From contig JBAXAI010000019.1 in the NCBI GenBank assembly GCA_037142615.1, positions 1-64,000 of the forward strand: a DNA stretch of 64,000 nucleotides, written 5' to 3'. Below, piece after piece: positions 48,495-57,859 of the stretch (its first letter is position 1; each line of letters begins with the position of its first letter). This stretch comes from Spirochaetales bacterium. Lineage in GTDB: Bacteria > Spirochaetota > Spirochaetia > JABEVK01. The position numbers were made by a program, and so were the translations under genes. The notes beneath the pieces were generated by a model. That model made no database searches. It was not told the DNA's origin and saw only the letters and a list, made by a program, of their open reading frames with translations.

Positions 48495-49037
48495 ATGACT
48501 GACCAGCAGATTACCCTTCTCGAGACCCTCCAAAAGCGTTTTGTCGTCAACTCCGCTCGCCACCCGGGCGTGGAATGGGGGCAAGTGCAGTCGCGACTCG
48601 AGGCGGCTGCTTCCAAGCTGAAGGCACTTGCCGAGATGGAAGCCACGGGTGGTGAACCAGATGTGGCGGGTTCTGGGCTTGAGTCAGGAGCTTTTGTCTT
48701 TGTGGACTTTTCACCCGAATCGCCGTCAGGGCGCCGGAGCCTCTGTTACGATAGAAAGGCCCTCGACGGGCGCAAGGAAAACAAACCCGCCGGAAACGCG
48801 GTGGAGCTGGCGGCTTCTTGGGGGGCGGAGCTTCTTACCGAGGAGCAATACCGGGACTTGCAGGCCCTCGGAGAGTTTGACCGGAAAACGTCGAGTTGGG
48901 TGAAAACCCCGACGGCGATACGGGACCTCGGCGGTGCCCTCTTCTGCAATAGCCAGTATCACCGCGTGTTCGTCTACTACAACGGCGCTGAATCGTACTA
49001 CGGTGTACGCGGTTTTCGCTGCCGCCTGGAGGTCTGA
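48495..49037 (+). CDS. DUF4256-family protein
   Basis: MEATGGEPDV, ESPSGRRSLCYD, FDRKTSSW, YYNGAESYY...RGFR. Confidence 0.8.
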   Translation: MTDQQITLLETLQKRFVVNSARHPGVEWGQVQSRLEAAASKLKALAEMEATGGEPDVAGSGLESGAFVFVDFSPESPSGRRSLCYDRKALDGRKENKPAGNAVELAASWGAELLTEEQYRDLQALGEFDRKTSSWVKTPTAIRDLGGALFCNSQYHRVFVYYNGAESYYGVRGFRCRLEV

Positions 49038-49115
49038 GGGCAGCCGAGCCGAGCTCTTTGCCGCAGGGAAACCGGACGACCTCGGCGGTCGAGGATCTCC
49101 TGCGGCAAAGTCGTG

Positions 49116-49505
49116 TTAGCCTCGGAATTGGGGGTGACCTTGGTTTCGGTCACCCGTGATCTGGTCAAGGAACTTCTTGGCCGCGACCGGGTCTTTGGCA
49201 CCGGCAGCACCGACACCTTGGTAGGCAGCGAACAGGAAGTCGGTCCAAAGGCGGGTCCATTCCTTCGAATCGCCCTTGGGAGCAGCAAAGGTCAGGGCTT
49301 TCTTGGCGTTTGTGCTGAACTGGAGAAAGCCGTCGGCGACAGCCACCCAGTCGGCCGCTGCGATGGCCTTGGTCACGGCACCGACCGTGGACTGGTTGAT
49401 GTGCATGATGTCCTTCACCGCGTTCGAATCGTAAGGCACGAGATCCGCCGCGAAGGCGAGGGTACCGCTCAGGGCCAAGAGCAGGGCAAGGGCAAGTTTC
49501 TTCAT
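49116..49505 (-). CDS. Secreted cytochrome b562/c'-like four-helix protein
   Basis: Signal peptide AFA, Met in the first mature helix (KDIMH), C-terminal RNQGHPQFR resembling the b562 His-ligand motif. Confidence 0.55.
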   Translation of the reverse strand: MKKLALALLLALSGTLAFAADLVPYDSNAVKDIMHINQSTVGAVTKAIAAADWVAVADGFLQFSTNAKKALTFAAPKGDSKEWTRLWTDFLFAAYQGVGAAGAKDPVAAKKFLDQITGDRNQGHPQFRG

Positions 49506-49576
49506 CTATTCCTCCTCAGGAAATGTTGGAGGTAATATACTACTAAATTAGTCAGAAAACAAACCGACCCCTGCGC

Positions 49577-50422
49577 CTAGGTCAAGATGAGGGCTATGGC
49601 AAACGCCAACAGCGTGCTGAGCGCGACCGAGAGCACGTTGACGACGTCGTTGTTCATCCAACCCCAGCCACGGACCCTCAAGTGCGCGTTGCCCTGGGTG
49701 CCGAAGGGCTTTTCGGTCCACTGGCCCGAAGAATCCTGGTAAAGGGCTTGTACGGTAGCCCCCAGCAGTGAGTCCAATAGCGAGGCTGCAAAACCGCAGG
49801 CGAGGGCCAGCCCGACAAACGGCCAGGTCAGCCCTGCCAAGAAGCCGATCGACGCCAGCGTCGCGGCTCCCAGAAGCGCCCCCAGGAGACCCAGCATTGT
49901 GACCCCACCGGACTGGCCGGCTTCGACGGTTGTCCAACCCCAGAGTAGTCGCGGCTGGCGGGATGACAACACGCCAACCTCGCCGGCCCAAGTGTCGCTC
50001 GCTGCCGCCGCGAAGCCCGCCGTGATGGCCACAAGAAGGGCCTGCGTAACCCGCGCGCTGCCGGAGATCTGAGCCGCAGGAAGAGCCAAGGCCGCGATAA
50101 CCATGGGCGCGGTGTTGGCTGCCACCTGTTGCCAAGACCTGCGACTGCCTCGCTGGTGCTTGCCCTCGACCTTGGGTCGCAGACGCTTGCCCGGGATTCC
50201 CAGCAGACTGCTGCTGACGAAGAAGACGGTGAGCATCAGCCAGACCGGCCAGTCGCCACCCAACCAGAGCAGGATGCCGACTACCAGGCCTCCCGCAGCC
50301 CCCGAAAGGCTGACCGAACCCCGCATGAGGGCCAAAAGCCCCAGAAGCGCGGTGGCGAGGATTGCAGGAAGGAGCCGCGGGACGAGAAGGTCAACGAACG
50401 GTGAGCCACCGATGTCGATCAA
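49577..50422 (-). CDS. DUF92/TMEM19-family membrane protein
   Basis: FFVSSS, RSWQQVAAN, DTWAGEVG, GQSGGVT, DSLLGATVQ, NNDVVN. TTG start overlaps the upstream stop. Confidence 0.88.
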   Translation of the reverse strand: MIDIGGSPFVDLLVPRLLPAILATALLGLLALMRGSVSLSGAAGGLVVGILLWLGGDWPVWLMLTVFFVSSSLLGIPGKRLRPKVEGKHQRGSRRSWQQVAANTAPMVIAALALPAAQISGSARVTQALLVAITAGFAAAASDTWAGEVGVLSSRQPRLLWGWTTVEAGQSGGVTMLGLLGALLGAATLASIGFLAGLTWPFVGLALACGFAASLLDSLLGATVQALYQDSSGQWTEKPFGTQGNAHLRVRGWGWMNNDVVNVLSVALSTLLAFAIALILT

Positions 50423-51102
50423 AGTACAGCCGCCAAGACTCCCGCTGCGACGGCGGGCAAAAGCAGGTTGTCCAACCCGAACGGGGTCAAGGCTTCCACC
50501 AGCGCCACCGCCACAGCGACCAGCGCCGCCTTGCCGAAGGCGCCAACCCACCAGCCCAGGTCAGCACTGGCCGGCAGGGCAAAGGCAGCCAGAAAGGCCA
50601 CCACGACGACCATCGAGGAAACCAACAACGCGGCCGTTCCCTCCCAACTTTTGTTCGACCACCGGACCGGGAGCGGGTGTTTTCCCCACGCCCTGCCTGT
50701 GAGGGCCGCCAGCCCATCGCCCCAACCGAGCACCAAGACTCCGGCCCCGGCAACCCAGAGAGGCAAACCGCCCCAGCCTGACCACAAAACCATCGCGATC
50801 AAACTGACCGGAAAGTAGATCGTCCCCAGGTTGGATTCGCCCTTGCCGGGTTCCATGGCCTTGAGAAAGCCCAGTTGACGAGCGAGAACGTTGAAAAGCA
50901 CAAAGAAAAACGGACCAACGAGACCCCAAACCGGCTCCTGGATGAAGAACAGGTGAAAGAACCACCAGTGGGCGACCCCGATATGAATGATCTTCCGGCT
51001 GGTGAAGCTGTCGACCAGCTTGAACTTCAGCAGGGCCATGCCAACCCCGAGAACGGCAAACACAAACAAGAAGGAGAGCCCGACCCCAAGCGCGGGGGTC
51101 AT
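50419..51102 (-). CDS. CTP-dependent polyprenol/diacylglycerol kinase (dolichol/phytol kinase family)
   Basis: SRKIIHI, GWGDGLAALTG, KSWEG, GLDNL. The ATG overlaps the argG stop. Confidence 0.85.
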   Translation of the reverse strand: MTPALGVGLSFLFVFAVLGVGMALLKFKLVDSFTSRKIIHIGVAHWWFFHLFFIQEPVWGLVGPFFFVLFNVLARQLGFLKAMEPGKGESNLGTIYFPVSLIAMVLWSGWGGLPLWVAGAGVLVLGWGDGLAALTGRAWGKHPLPVRWSNKSWEGTAALLVSSMVVVVAFLAAFALPASADLGWWVGAFGKAALVAVAVALVEALTPFGLDNLLLPAVAAGVLAAVL

Positions 51103-52322
51103 GCCTTGTTCCAATCTTTCTGCACGCTGGCTTGGACGCCGGTCGAGAGGCTGTAGAGCTTCAAGAAGCCGGTCGCATCGTGGTGGTCGTAAGTGCTCTT
51201 GCCGAAGCTGGCCAAGTCTTCGCTGTACAACGAATAAGGGCTCGAACGCCCCCCGATGAGCACATTGCCCTTGTAGAGCACGACCTTCACCGTGCCGGTC
51301 AGATAGCGGCTCGAACTCTCGAAGAACGCGTCGAGGTTGACCCGGAACGCCGTGAACCACTTGCCGGTGTACACCAGGCGCGCGTAGGTGTTGGCGAGGT
51401 TCTTTTTCATCTCGAGGGTCTCGCCGTCGAGGCACAGCATTTCGAGCTCGCGCAGGGCCGTGTAAAGGATAGTCCCGGCAGGGGTCTCGTAGACTCCCCG
51501 GCTCTTCATTCCCACCGTGCGGGTCTCGACCAGGTCGCTGCGGCCGATGCCGTTTTCGGCGCCCAGCTTGTTCAGTAGGTCGAGCAGGTCTATGCCCGAG
51601 AGCTTCTTGCCGTCCATGGCCACTGGGAAGCCCTTTTCGAAGTCCAGGGTGACTTCGGTTTCGGCATCGGGGGCCTCCTTGGGACTCTTGGTCAGCTGGA
51701 ACATGGGTTCCAGCGGCCTCTGCAGCGGATTCTCAAGCTCGGCGCCCTCGTGGCTCATGTGCCAGACGTTCCAGTCGCGGCTGTAGATGTTTTGTTTGGT
51801 GATGTTGCCTAGCGGGATGCCCCGGGCCTGCGCGTAATCGATGGCCTGTTCACGGCTGGTGATGTCCCACTCGCGCCAGGGAGCGATGATGCCCAGTTGC
51901 GGGGCGAGGGCCTTGTAGGTCATCTCGAAACGCACCTGGTCGTTTCCCTTGCCGGTACACCCGTGCGCGACCGCGTCGCAGCCTTCCTGAAGAGCGTAGT
52001 GCACCTGGTACTTGGCCGTGATGGGTCGGGCAATGGCGGTGCCCAGCAGGTACTTGCCCTCGTACATGGCCCCGGCGCGGAGCATGGGGAACAGGTAGTC
52101 CTGCGCGAACTCTTGTTTGGCATCCACGATGAAAAGCTTGCTCGCACCGCTGGCTTCGCCCTTCGCTTTTACCGCGTCCCAGTCTTCTTTCTGGCCGACG
52201 TTCACCGAAACGCCAATGATCTCAGCGCCACCGTAATTCTCTTTCAGCCAAGGAATAATAATGCTCGTGTCGAGGCCGCCGGAATAGGCCAGCGCGATTT
52301 TTCTGTAGGTCTTGTTACTCAT
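51099..52322 (-). CDS. argG: Argininosuccinate synthase
   Basis: AYSGGLDTS, HGCTGKGNDQVRFE, GMKSRGVYETP. Confidence 0.97.
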   Translation of the reverse strand: MSNKTYRKIALAYSGGLDTSIIIPWLKENYGGAEIIGVSVNVGQKEDWDAVKAKGEASGASKLFIVDAKQEFAQDYLFPMLRAGAMYEGKYLLGTAIARPITAKYQVHYALQEGCDAVAHGCTGKGNDQVRFEMTYKALAPQLGIIAPWREWDITSREQAIDYAQARGIPLGNITKQNIYSRDWNVWHMSHEGAELENPLQRPLEPMFQLTKSPKEAPDAETEVTLDFEKGFPVAMDGKKLSGIDLLDLLNKLGAENGIGRSDLVETRTVGMKSRGVYETPAGTILYTALRELEMLCLDGETLEMKKNLANTYARLVYTGKWFTAFRVNLDAFFESSSRYLTGTVKVVLYKGNVLIGGRSSPYSLYSEDLASFGKSTYDHHDATGFLKLYSLSTGVQASVQKDWNKA

Positions 52323-52331
52323 GGGGTTCTC

Positions 52332-52781
52332 CTAGCGGACAATCCGGAGGCGCTCCACGCCCCGGTCTTCAAACTCTTTGTCGTACTTCTCCTGTTCGCG
52401 CTCGATCGCCGCGACCAGGTCTTCGGCGGCTTTTCCTTCTGGTATTTTTCCGATCTTGGCGGGATTCTTTTGGTAATAATCGCGGCGGGCCAGCTGATCG
52501 GTCAGCTCGTCCCAGAAGATGTCCTGGTCGTACTCATCGACCTGCTCAAACAGCACGTCTTCGAGCTCGGGCGAAAAGGCGTACAGCCCTTCATCGTTGA
52601 CGCGGATGCGGGTCTTCTCACCGGAGTTCCACGCCATGCCGAGCACGTACTGCACGAAGCTATCCATGGCAGAATCACGTTCTTCGGCGGTCTTGGTTGC
52701 GTTTTTCATCCAGGCCCCGAAGAACACCGTCTTCAGCAGTTGGGTGAGGTTGGCGTCGTCAAACTCGATGTTGGTCTTCAT
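52332..52781 (-). CDS. Hypothetical acidic protein within the arg operon
   Basis: 149-aa ORF, ATGA overlap with argD; EYDQDIFWDELTDQLARRD. Confidence 0.75.
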   Translation of the reverse strand: MKTNIEFDDANLTQLLKTVFFGAWMKNATKTAEERDSAMDSFVQYVLGMAWNSGEKTRIRVNDEGLYAFSPELEDVLFEQVDEYDQDIFWDELTDQLARRDYYQKNPAKIGKIPEGKAAEDLVAAIEREQEKYDKEFEDRGVERLRIVR

Positions 52782-54004
52782 GAAAACTCCTTGGCCTTGG
52801 CGGCGAGCACGATTCGGAGAATCCCGACGGCTTCCTCAAGCTCTTTTCGGCTCACCGTGAGGGGGGGGGCAAAGCGCAAAACGTTGGTTCCGGCCCGCAG
52901 GAGCAACAGTCCTTGGGCCTGACAGGCCGCAATCACCTCACCCAAAAGACCCTTCTTGGTGGAATCATAGTCAAGACGCAAGCCCCGGAGCAGGCCCATG
53001 CCCTTGACTTCCCTGGCGAAGGGAAAGTCATTCTTGAGACCCTTCAGGAGCCGCTCGAAGCTCTTGCCGCGCCGGGCGACATTTTCGAGGAACTTGGGCT
53101 CGCCGATCACTTCGAACACGCGATTGGCCACCGCGGTGGTTACGGGCCCGCCACCAAAGGTAGTGCCGTGGTCGCCCACATGCACGACCGCGTTGACACG
53201 GGCTGGAATCAGCGTCGCCGACAAGGGAAGGCCTCCTGCCATGGGTTTGGCGAGGGTGACGATGTCGGGAGTCAAGCCCAACTGCTGCCAGGCATAAAAG
53301 GTTCCCGTGCGGCCGTAGCCCCCCTGAATCTCGTCGGCAATGATGAGGATGTCGTTGTCGAGACAGACTTTCTGCAGCGCCTGAGCGAACCTGGGACTGA
53401 CGCTGTCGAGACCGCCTTCGCCCTGAATGGGTTCGATGAGCACGGCGGCGAAGCTTCGGTCGAGCTTGGCCAAGGCCTTGACGTCGTTGTAGGGCAGCGT
53501 CTCGCAACCGGGGATCAGTGGATGGTAGGGCTTCTGGTACTTTTCGGTCGGGGTGAGGCTGAGGGAACCCAGGGTCCGTCCGTGAAAGGCCCCCGTGAAA
53601 CTGGCAAACTTGTGGTGGCCTTCGCCCTTGGTACGCAGCGCGTAGACCCTGGCGTACTTGAGCGCCGCTTCGTTAGCCTCGGTGCCGGAATTGCCAAAAT
53701 GAACCGCCGCGAACTGGCCAGGGTTCCCGGTGGCCACCAACCTGGCGGCCAGCAACAGGGCGGGCTCGGTGGTGTAAAGGTTGCTTACGTGGGTGAGTTT
53801 TTCCATCTGCTTGCGGGCAATCTGCGCGAGATCTCTGCGGCCATGACCGAGGGCGTTGACGGCAATACCCCCGGTGAAATCGAGGTAGCGCTTGCCGGCG
53901 CGATCCCAGACTTCGGTGCCCTTGCCATGGTCGAGCACCAAGAACTCGTCGGCGTAGTTCTGAGGAAACGGGGGTTTGTGGGCGATCGGATCAATGGTCG
54001 GCAT
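52778..54004 (-). CDS. argD: Acetylornithine aminotransferase
   Basis: GIAVNALGH, NSGTEANE, FHGRT, EPIQGEGG, DEIQ, LAK PLP lysine, HGTTFGG; arg operon context. Confidence 0.93.
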   Translation of the reverse strand: MPTIDPIAHKPPFPQNYADEFLVLDHGKGTEVWDRAGKRYLDFTGGIAVNALGHGRRDLAQIARKQMEKLTHVSNLYTTEPALLLAARLVATGNPGQFAAVHFGNSGTEANEAALKYARVYALRTKGEGHHKFASFTGAFHGRTLGSLSLTPTEKYQKPYHPLIPGCETLPYNDVKALAKLDRSFAAVLIEPIQGEGGLDSVSPRFAQALQKVCLDNDILIIADEIQGGYGRTGTFYAWQQLGLTPDIVTLAKPMAGGLPLSATLIPARVNAVVHVGDHGTTFGGGPVTTAVANRVFEVIGEPKFLENVARRGKSFERLLKGLKNDFPFAREVKGMGLLRGLRLDYDSTKKGLLGEVIAACQAQGLLLLRAGTNVLRFAPPLTVSRKELEEAVGILRIVLAAKAKEFS

Positions 54005-54022
54005 GGGTTCTCCTTAGGGACT

Positions 54023-54805
54023 CTATTCGGTAATCGCGGTTCCAGCCTGATGGGCGAGCAAACGGGCCAAGTCACCCGAACCCCGGTAGCCGCCGATGAG
54101 CACCTCGCCCACGCCTCGCTCACACGCGGCCAGGGCATTGTTCACCTTGGGAATCATCCCGCCGGTTATGGCCCCCGCCTCGATTTCGGCTTCAGCCTGT
54201 GCCCGGTCGAGTTGCTTAAGCACCGCACCGTCCTTCAGCACTCCTGGGATGTCCGAGAGGAAGAGCAGCGTGCGCGCCCTGAGCGCGATGGCCACCTCCT
54301 GGGCGACCTCGTCGGCGTTGATGTTGAGTCCGCGGCCCTCGCTATCCATCGAGGTCGAGTGCAGAATCGGCAAGAAACCGCCCTCGAGAAGGGTTTCCAG
54401 CAGGCGGGAGTCGGTGGCTGATACCTTGCCGGTGCGGCTGTCAGGCCGATCGGCGACCGGCAGCGCTTCGCCGGTGAAGATGTGACCATCCTGACCGCCC
54501 AGCCCGACGGCGTCGAGCCCGGCAGCCTGAGCGCGGCGAACCAGGTCGATGTTGAGCTTGCCACCGAGCACCATGTCGACCACTTCAAGCTCGCTCGGGC
54601 TGGTGATTCGTATGCCATCCCTGAACTCGGCTTCGTAGCCGAACTTCTGGCTGACAGCCGTGACTTCCTTGCCACCCCCGTGCACGAGCACAAAGTCTGG
54701 GCCCCTGGAAGTACTGCCTGCTTGGGCGAGTTCCTCGAGCAGGGCTGCTAGTACCTGCCCGTCTTGTGCCACGAGTCCGCCGATCTTGATCACGATGATG
54801 TTCAC
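54023..54805 (-). CDS. argB: Acetylglutamate kinase
   Basis: VIKIGG, VHGGG, NINAD, GGMIPK. GTG start after AGGAGG. Confidence 0.94.
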   Translation of the reverse strand: MNIIVIKIGGLVAQDGQVLAALLEELAQAGSTSRGPDFVLVHGGGKEVTAVSQKFGYEAEFRDGIRITSPSELEVVDMVLGGKLNIDLVRRAQAAGLDAVGLGGQDGHIFTGEALPVADRPDSRTGKVSATDSRLLETLLEGGFLPILHSTSMDSEGRGLNINADEVAQEVAIALRARTLLFLSDIPGVLKDGAVLKQLDRAQAEAEIEAGAITGGMIPKVNNALAACERGVGEVLIGGYRGSGDLARLLAHQAGTAITE

Positions 54806-54815
54806 CGAACCCCTC

Positions 54816-55850
54816 CTAGACCTGATTGCTGAGTGGCAAGCCCAGCGTTTCGTCGAAGCCAAAGCGAAGGTTCATGTTCTGCACCGCTTGGCCCGAAGCC
54901 CCCTTCACCAGGTTGTCGAGCACGCTGCTGATGATCAGGCTCTGCCCGTCCTGCTGGGCCCCGAAATCGCAGCGGTTGGAGCCCCACACTTCGCCGCTCG
55001 CGGGCATCCGGGCGCCCGTGTAGCGTACGAAAGGCCTGCCTGCGTAGGCGCTGCGCCACGAGACCTCGGCATCGGCCAGAGTCTTCCCGGGTGCCAGGTC
55101 GACGACCAGGGTGGCCTCCATGCTCCGCTTCATCGGCACCAAATGCGGATTGAACAGCACCGAGGCGTCCGGAGCCACAAACCTCAGCTCGGTTTCGATC
55201 TCTTGGCTATGCCGGTGCTGATGACCAGGCGAGTACAAGACCACGCTTTCGGCGCGTTCCACCAGACTGTACTTGAGGTCGGTCTTTTTGCCGGCTCCCG
55301 AGATGCCGCTCACCGCGCTGATGATGGCCCGGCCCGTGACTACTCCGTCGCGGTACAGCGGGAGCAGGGGCGTCAGCGAGCAAGTGGTGTAGCAGCCGGG
55401 ATTTGCGATAAGGTCTGCTCGGCGGATGGCTTCGGTGTGCCATTCGGCCAGCCCGTACACCGCTTGGTCGAGAAGGTCGGGGCGAGGTGGTTCCTGCCCG
55501 TAGGCCTGCGCAAAAATGGCACGGTCCTTGATGCGGAAATCGGCTGAAAGATCAATCACCACGGTATTGCCGAAGAAGGGCGCACACACTCGTGCGCTGG
55601 CAAGATGCGGAAGCGCCGAGAACACCACGTCGGGCTTGAGCTCCGCAGTCCGATCGGTGGTCAGGAAGACGCCACCCGAGAGGGCGTACTTCCCCGAGAC
55701 GCCGCCCAGACCAGGATCCTCGGAATCGATGGGTTCCCCAGGCTTCGAACTCGACACCGCGAGAAGGTCGCTCACGCGCGGGTGGCCTTCGAGCAGGCGC
55801 AGCAGCAACATCCCCGTGTAGCCGGTAGCTCCGATGACAGCAACTTTCAA
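54816..55850 (-). CDS. argC: N-acetyl-gamma-glutamyl-phosphate reductase
   Basis: GATGYTG, DLSADFR, ANPGCY, SGISGAG, DNLVKGASGQAVQNMN. Confidence 0.96.
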   Translation of the reverse strand: MKVAVIGATGYTGMLLLRLLEGHPRVSDLLAVSSSKPGEPIDSEDPGLGGVSGKYALSGGVFLTTDRTAELKPDVVFSALPHLASARVCAPFFGNTVVIDLSADFRIKDRAIFAQAYGQEPPRPDLLDQAVYGLAEWHTEAIRRADLIANPGCYTTCSLTPLLPLYRDGVVTGRAIISAVSGISGAGKKTDLKYSLVERAESVVLYSPGHQHRHSQEIETELRFVAPDASVLFNPHLVPMKRSMEATLVVDLAPGKTLADAEVSWRSAYAGRPFVRYTGARMPASGEVWGSNRCDFGAQQDGQSLIISSVLDNLVKGASGQAVQNMNLRFGFDETLGLPLSNQV

Positions 55851-55851
55851 A

Positions 55852-56316
55852 TCAGGCCTCCCAGTCCGGCATCAACTTTACCAAGTGAACTTGCAGGGTC
55901 TCAAAAGTAAAGTCCTGCCGGAGGATGATCAAGATGGTGTCGTCCCCCGCGACGGTGCCCAGAATGGCTGGGACCTCCAGGTTGTCGAGAGCCCACGCCG
56001 TGGCTTGAGCGTGTCCGGGCAGGGTCTTGAGGACCACCAGATTCCCCGAGGACTCCATGCTCAGATAGCCCCGCTGGAAGTCGCGCACCAGCTCGTCGCG
56101 GTTGCGGTTTGACTCCTCCGGCAAGGCATACACGTAGCCCCCCGTCTGAGCGCTTACTTTACCCACGCGCAAAACCCGCAGGTCGCGGCTGAGCGTCGCC
56201 TGCGTGATGTCATGACCCTGGGCACCCATCAGGACCAGCAACTCGTCCTGGCTCGAGACGGCATGGCTGCTGATGGTTCTCGCGACGGCCTTGAGGCGTT
56301 CATCCCTGCTCTTCAT
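55852..56316 (-). CDS. argR: Arginine repressor
   Basis: SQDEL, TQATLSRDL, KTLPG, GTVAGDDT. Confidence 0.95.
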   Translation of the reverse strand: MKSRDERLKAVARTISSHAVSSQDELLVLMGAQGHDITQATLSRDLRVLRVGKVSAQTGGYVYALPEESNRNRDELVRDFQRGYLSMESSGNLVVLKTLPGHAQATAWALDNLEVPAILGTVAGDDTILIILRQDFTFETLQVHLVKLMPDWEA

Positions 56317-56334
56317 CGCCAAAACCTACCACTG

Positions 56335-56373
56335 AATGAAACAAAATGCAATATCGCTGCATAAAATTGCAAA
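56335..56373. promoter_or_regulatory. Tandem ARG boxes overlapping the arg operon promoter
   Basis: Cores TGAAACAAAATGCA and TGCATAAAATTGCA give two 18-bp boxes 3 bp apart; they overlap the -35 of TTGCAT-N17-TAGGTT on the minus strand. Confidence 0.8.
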
Positions 56374-56391
56374 AATCTCCAGCGGACACAG

Positions 56392-57801
56392 TCAGGACTT
56401 GCCTTGGCTGAGGATCTGGTCCTTCTTCAGAAGGGCGTTCTCAGGCTGAAGCTTCAGAGACTCGGAAAGCAATTGCCTGGCCGCGTCCTTCTGTCCTCTG
56501 TTCCACAGAGAAGCAAACTGGTTGTGAACGTCAACGCTCCAGTTGTAGACGTAGATTTCTCGGGCCTTCGTCACGGTCGGCTGGCTGCGCACGTCGGTCG
56601 GCAGACTGTCGATGAACTGCCAGGCCGCGAGGTTGCCAGAGGTTGCTCGCCGCTGGATCTCCTGACCATAGATCGCGCTCAGCAGTTCCTGCCGCCTCGG
56701 CGCCCCGATACTTCCCTGGGTAAAAGCCGTCTCCACGTTGCGGGCCGCTTCCAGATAGGGAAGGTTTTTGACGTCGGTAACCAACCGCGCGGCCAGGATA
56801 ACGCCGGAGACTTGGTTCCATTGGTCCTGGCTCAGGCATTCGCGGTTCTTCCACTGGGTTGCCAAAGCGAAAGCCCCCGAAAAGTCATTCTTGTCGAGCA
56901 GGGTGTTGATGTGATTGTTGAGCAGGGCATTCACCAGGTTCTTCACCTCGGCAACGGGCCCCAGGTAGCTCAGCAGCGATTCGGCCAGACTCAGACCGGC
57001 GAGGTAGTCTTTGCGGGCGTTGTTGTCGGCAGCCAGATTGATGTACCCCTCGATGAGCGTTTCCTTCGATTCCGGCGAAGGATCCAGAGCCCAGCGATCG
57101 AGGGCGGCCCCCACGCAGTCCACCAGATTGCCCGAACTCTGCCACGCGGCCATCCTGTTTTGCACGATCAGGCCCAGCAACCCCCGGTCGGTGATGGTTT
57201 TGCGGGCAGAGTACTTTCCGGGAGGCACGTAGGCAAAACCGGTGGCCCCAAAACTGTTGGTGAACTCGGTCTTGGTTCCCGGATTGAACCCGTAGGGAGT
57301 CGTTGTTTCGACGTCAATTTCGCGGCCATCGGAGAGCCTCACCAGACAAAAGGCATGGCTGGTGGTCGCCACCGCCTGCACGTCAAGGCCGACACTGCGG
57401 CCCAGCAGAAGGTAGGCCACCGCCGACGAAACGCAGTTGAACTGGCCGTTCTCGATCAGAGTATCCAGGCGGGTCTGGTAGGTCTGGTAACGGCGCAGGT
57501 GGTTCTGGTGAAGGAACTCGAGCACAAACTCGCCTGTCTTTTCCTCGCTGAGTCCCGGTGGAAGCTTGGCCGCCAGTTCTGCCTGCCAACGGGCAAACTC
57601 CTGATGCCACGAACCCGTGTTGGCCGGGGGCAAGCCCGAAAGAATGAGCGCCAGCTCGAGCTGCGACGACGGAGGCAAGGGCTGGACCGCCGCCAGCGCC
57701 ACAACTTCGGGCAGGGGCTCCAAACGCAACCGGTCGGTCGTGGCAGCCCACAGACTCGGCGCGAACACAAGCGCCAGCAGGAGAAACTTCCCAATTCTCA
57801 T
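56392..57801 (-). CDS. Secreted transglutaminase-like (Cys-His-acid) protein with helical repeats
   Basis: Signal peptide; FNCVSSA, SHAF, DVETT; helical C-terminal half. Confidence 0.62.
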   Translation of the reverse strand: MRIGKFLLLALVFAPSLWAATTDRLRLEPLPEVVALAAVQPLPPSSQLELALILSGLPPANTGSWHQEFARWQAELAAKLPPGLSEEKTGEFVLEFLHQNHLRRYQTYQTRLDTLIENGQFNCVSSAVAYLLLGRSVGLDVQAVATTSHAFCLVRLSDGREIDVETTTPYGFNPGTKTEFTNSFGATGFAYVPPGKYSARKTITDRGLLGLIVQNRMAAWQSSGNLVDCVGAALDRWALDPSPESKETLIEGYINLAADNNARKDYLAGLSLAESLLSYLGPVAEVKNLVNALLNNHINTLLDKNDFSGAFALATQWKNRECLSQDQWNQVSGVILAARLVTDVKNLPYLEAARNVETAFTQGSIGAPRRQELLSAIYGQEIQRRATSGNLAAWQFIDSLPTDVRSQPTVTKAREIYVYNWSVDVHNQFASLWNRGQKDAARQLLSESLKLQPENALLKKDQILSQGKS

Positions 57802-57859
57802 GGGGGCATTCTAAACCATGGAACTGGATTTTTCGGTGGCGATAGGGTAAGAAATCCGA

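Noticed and set aside
49038-49115. Long imperfect hairpin as a possible ncRNA
   Set aside because: It lies between convergent genes and is most simply a terminator-type structure.
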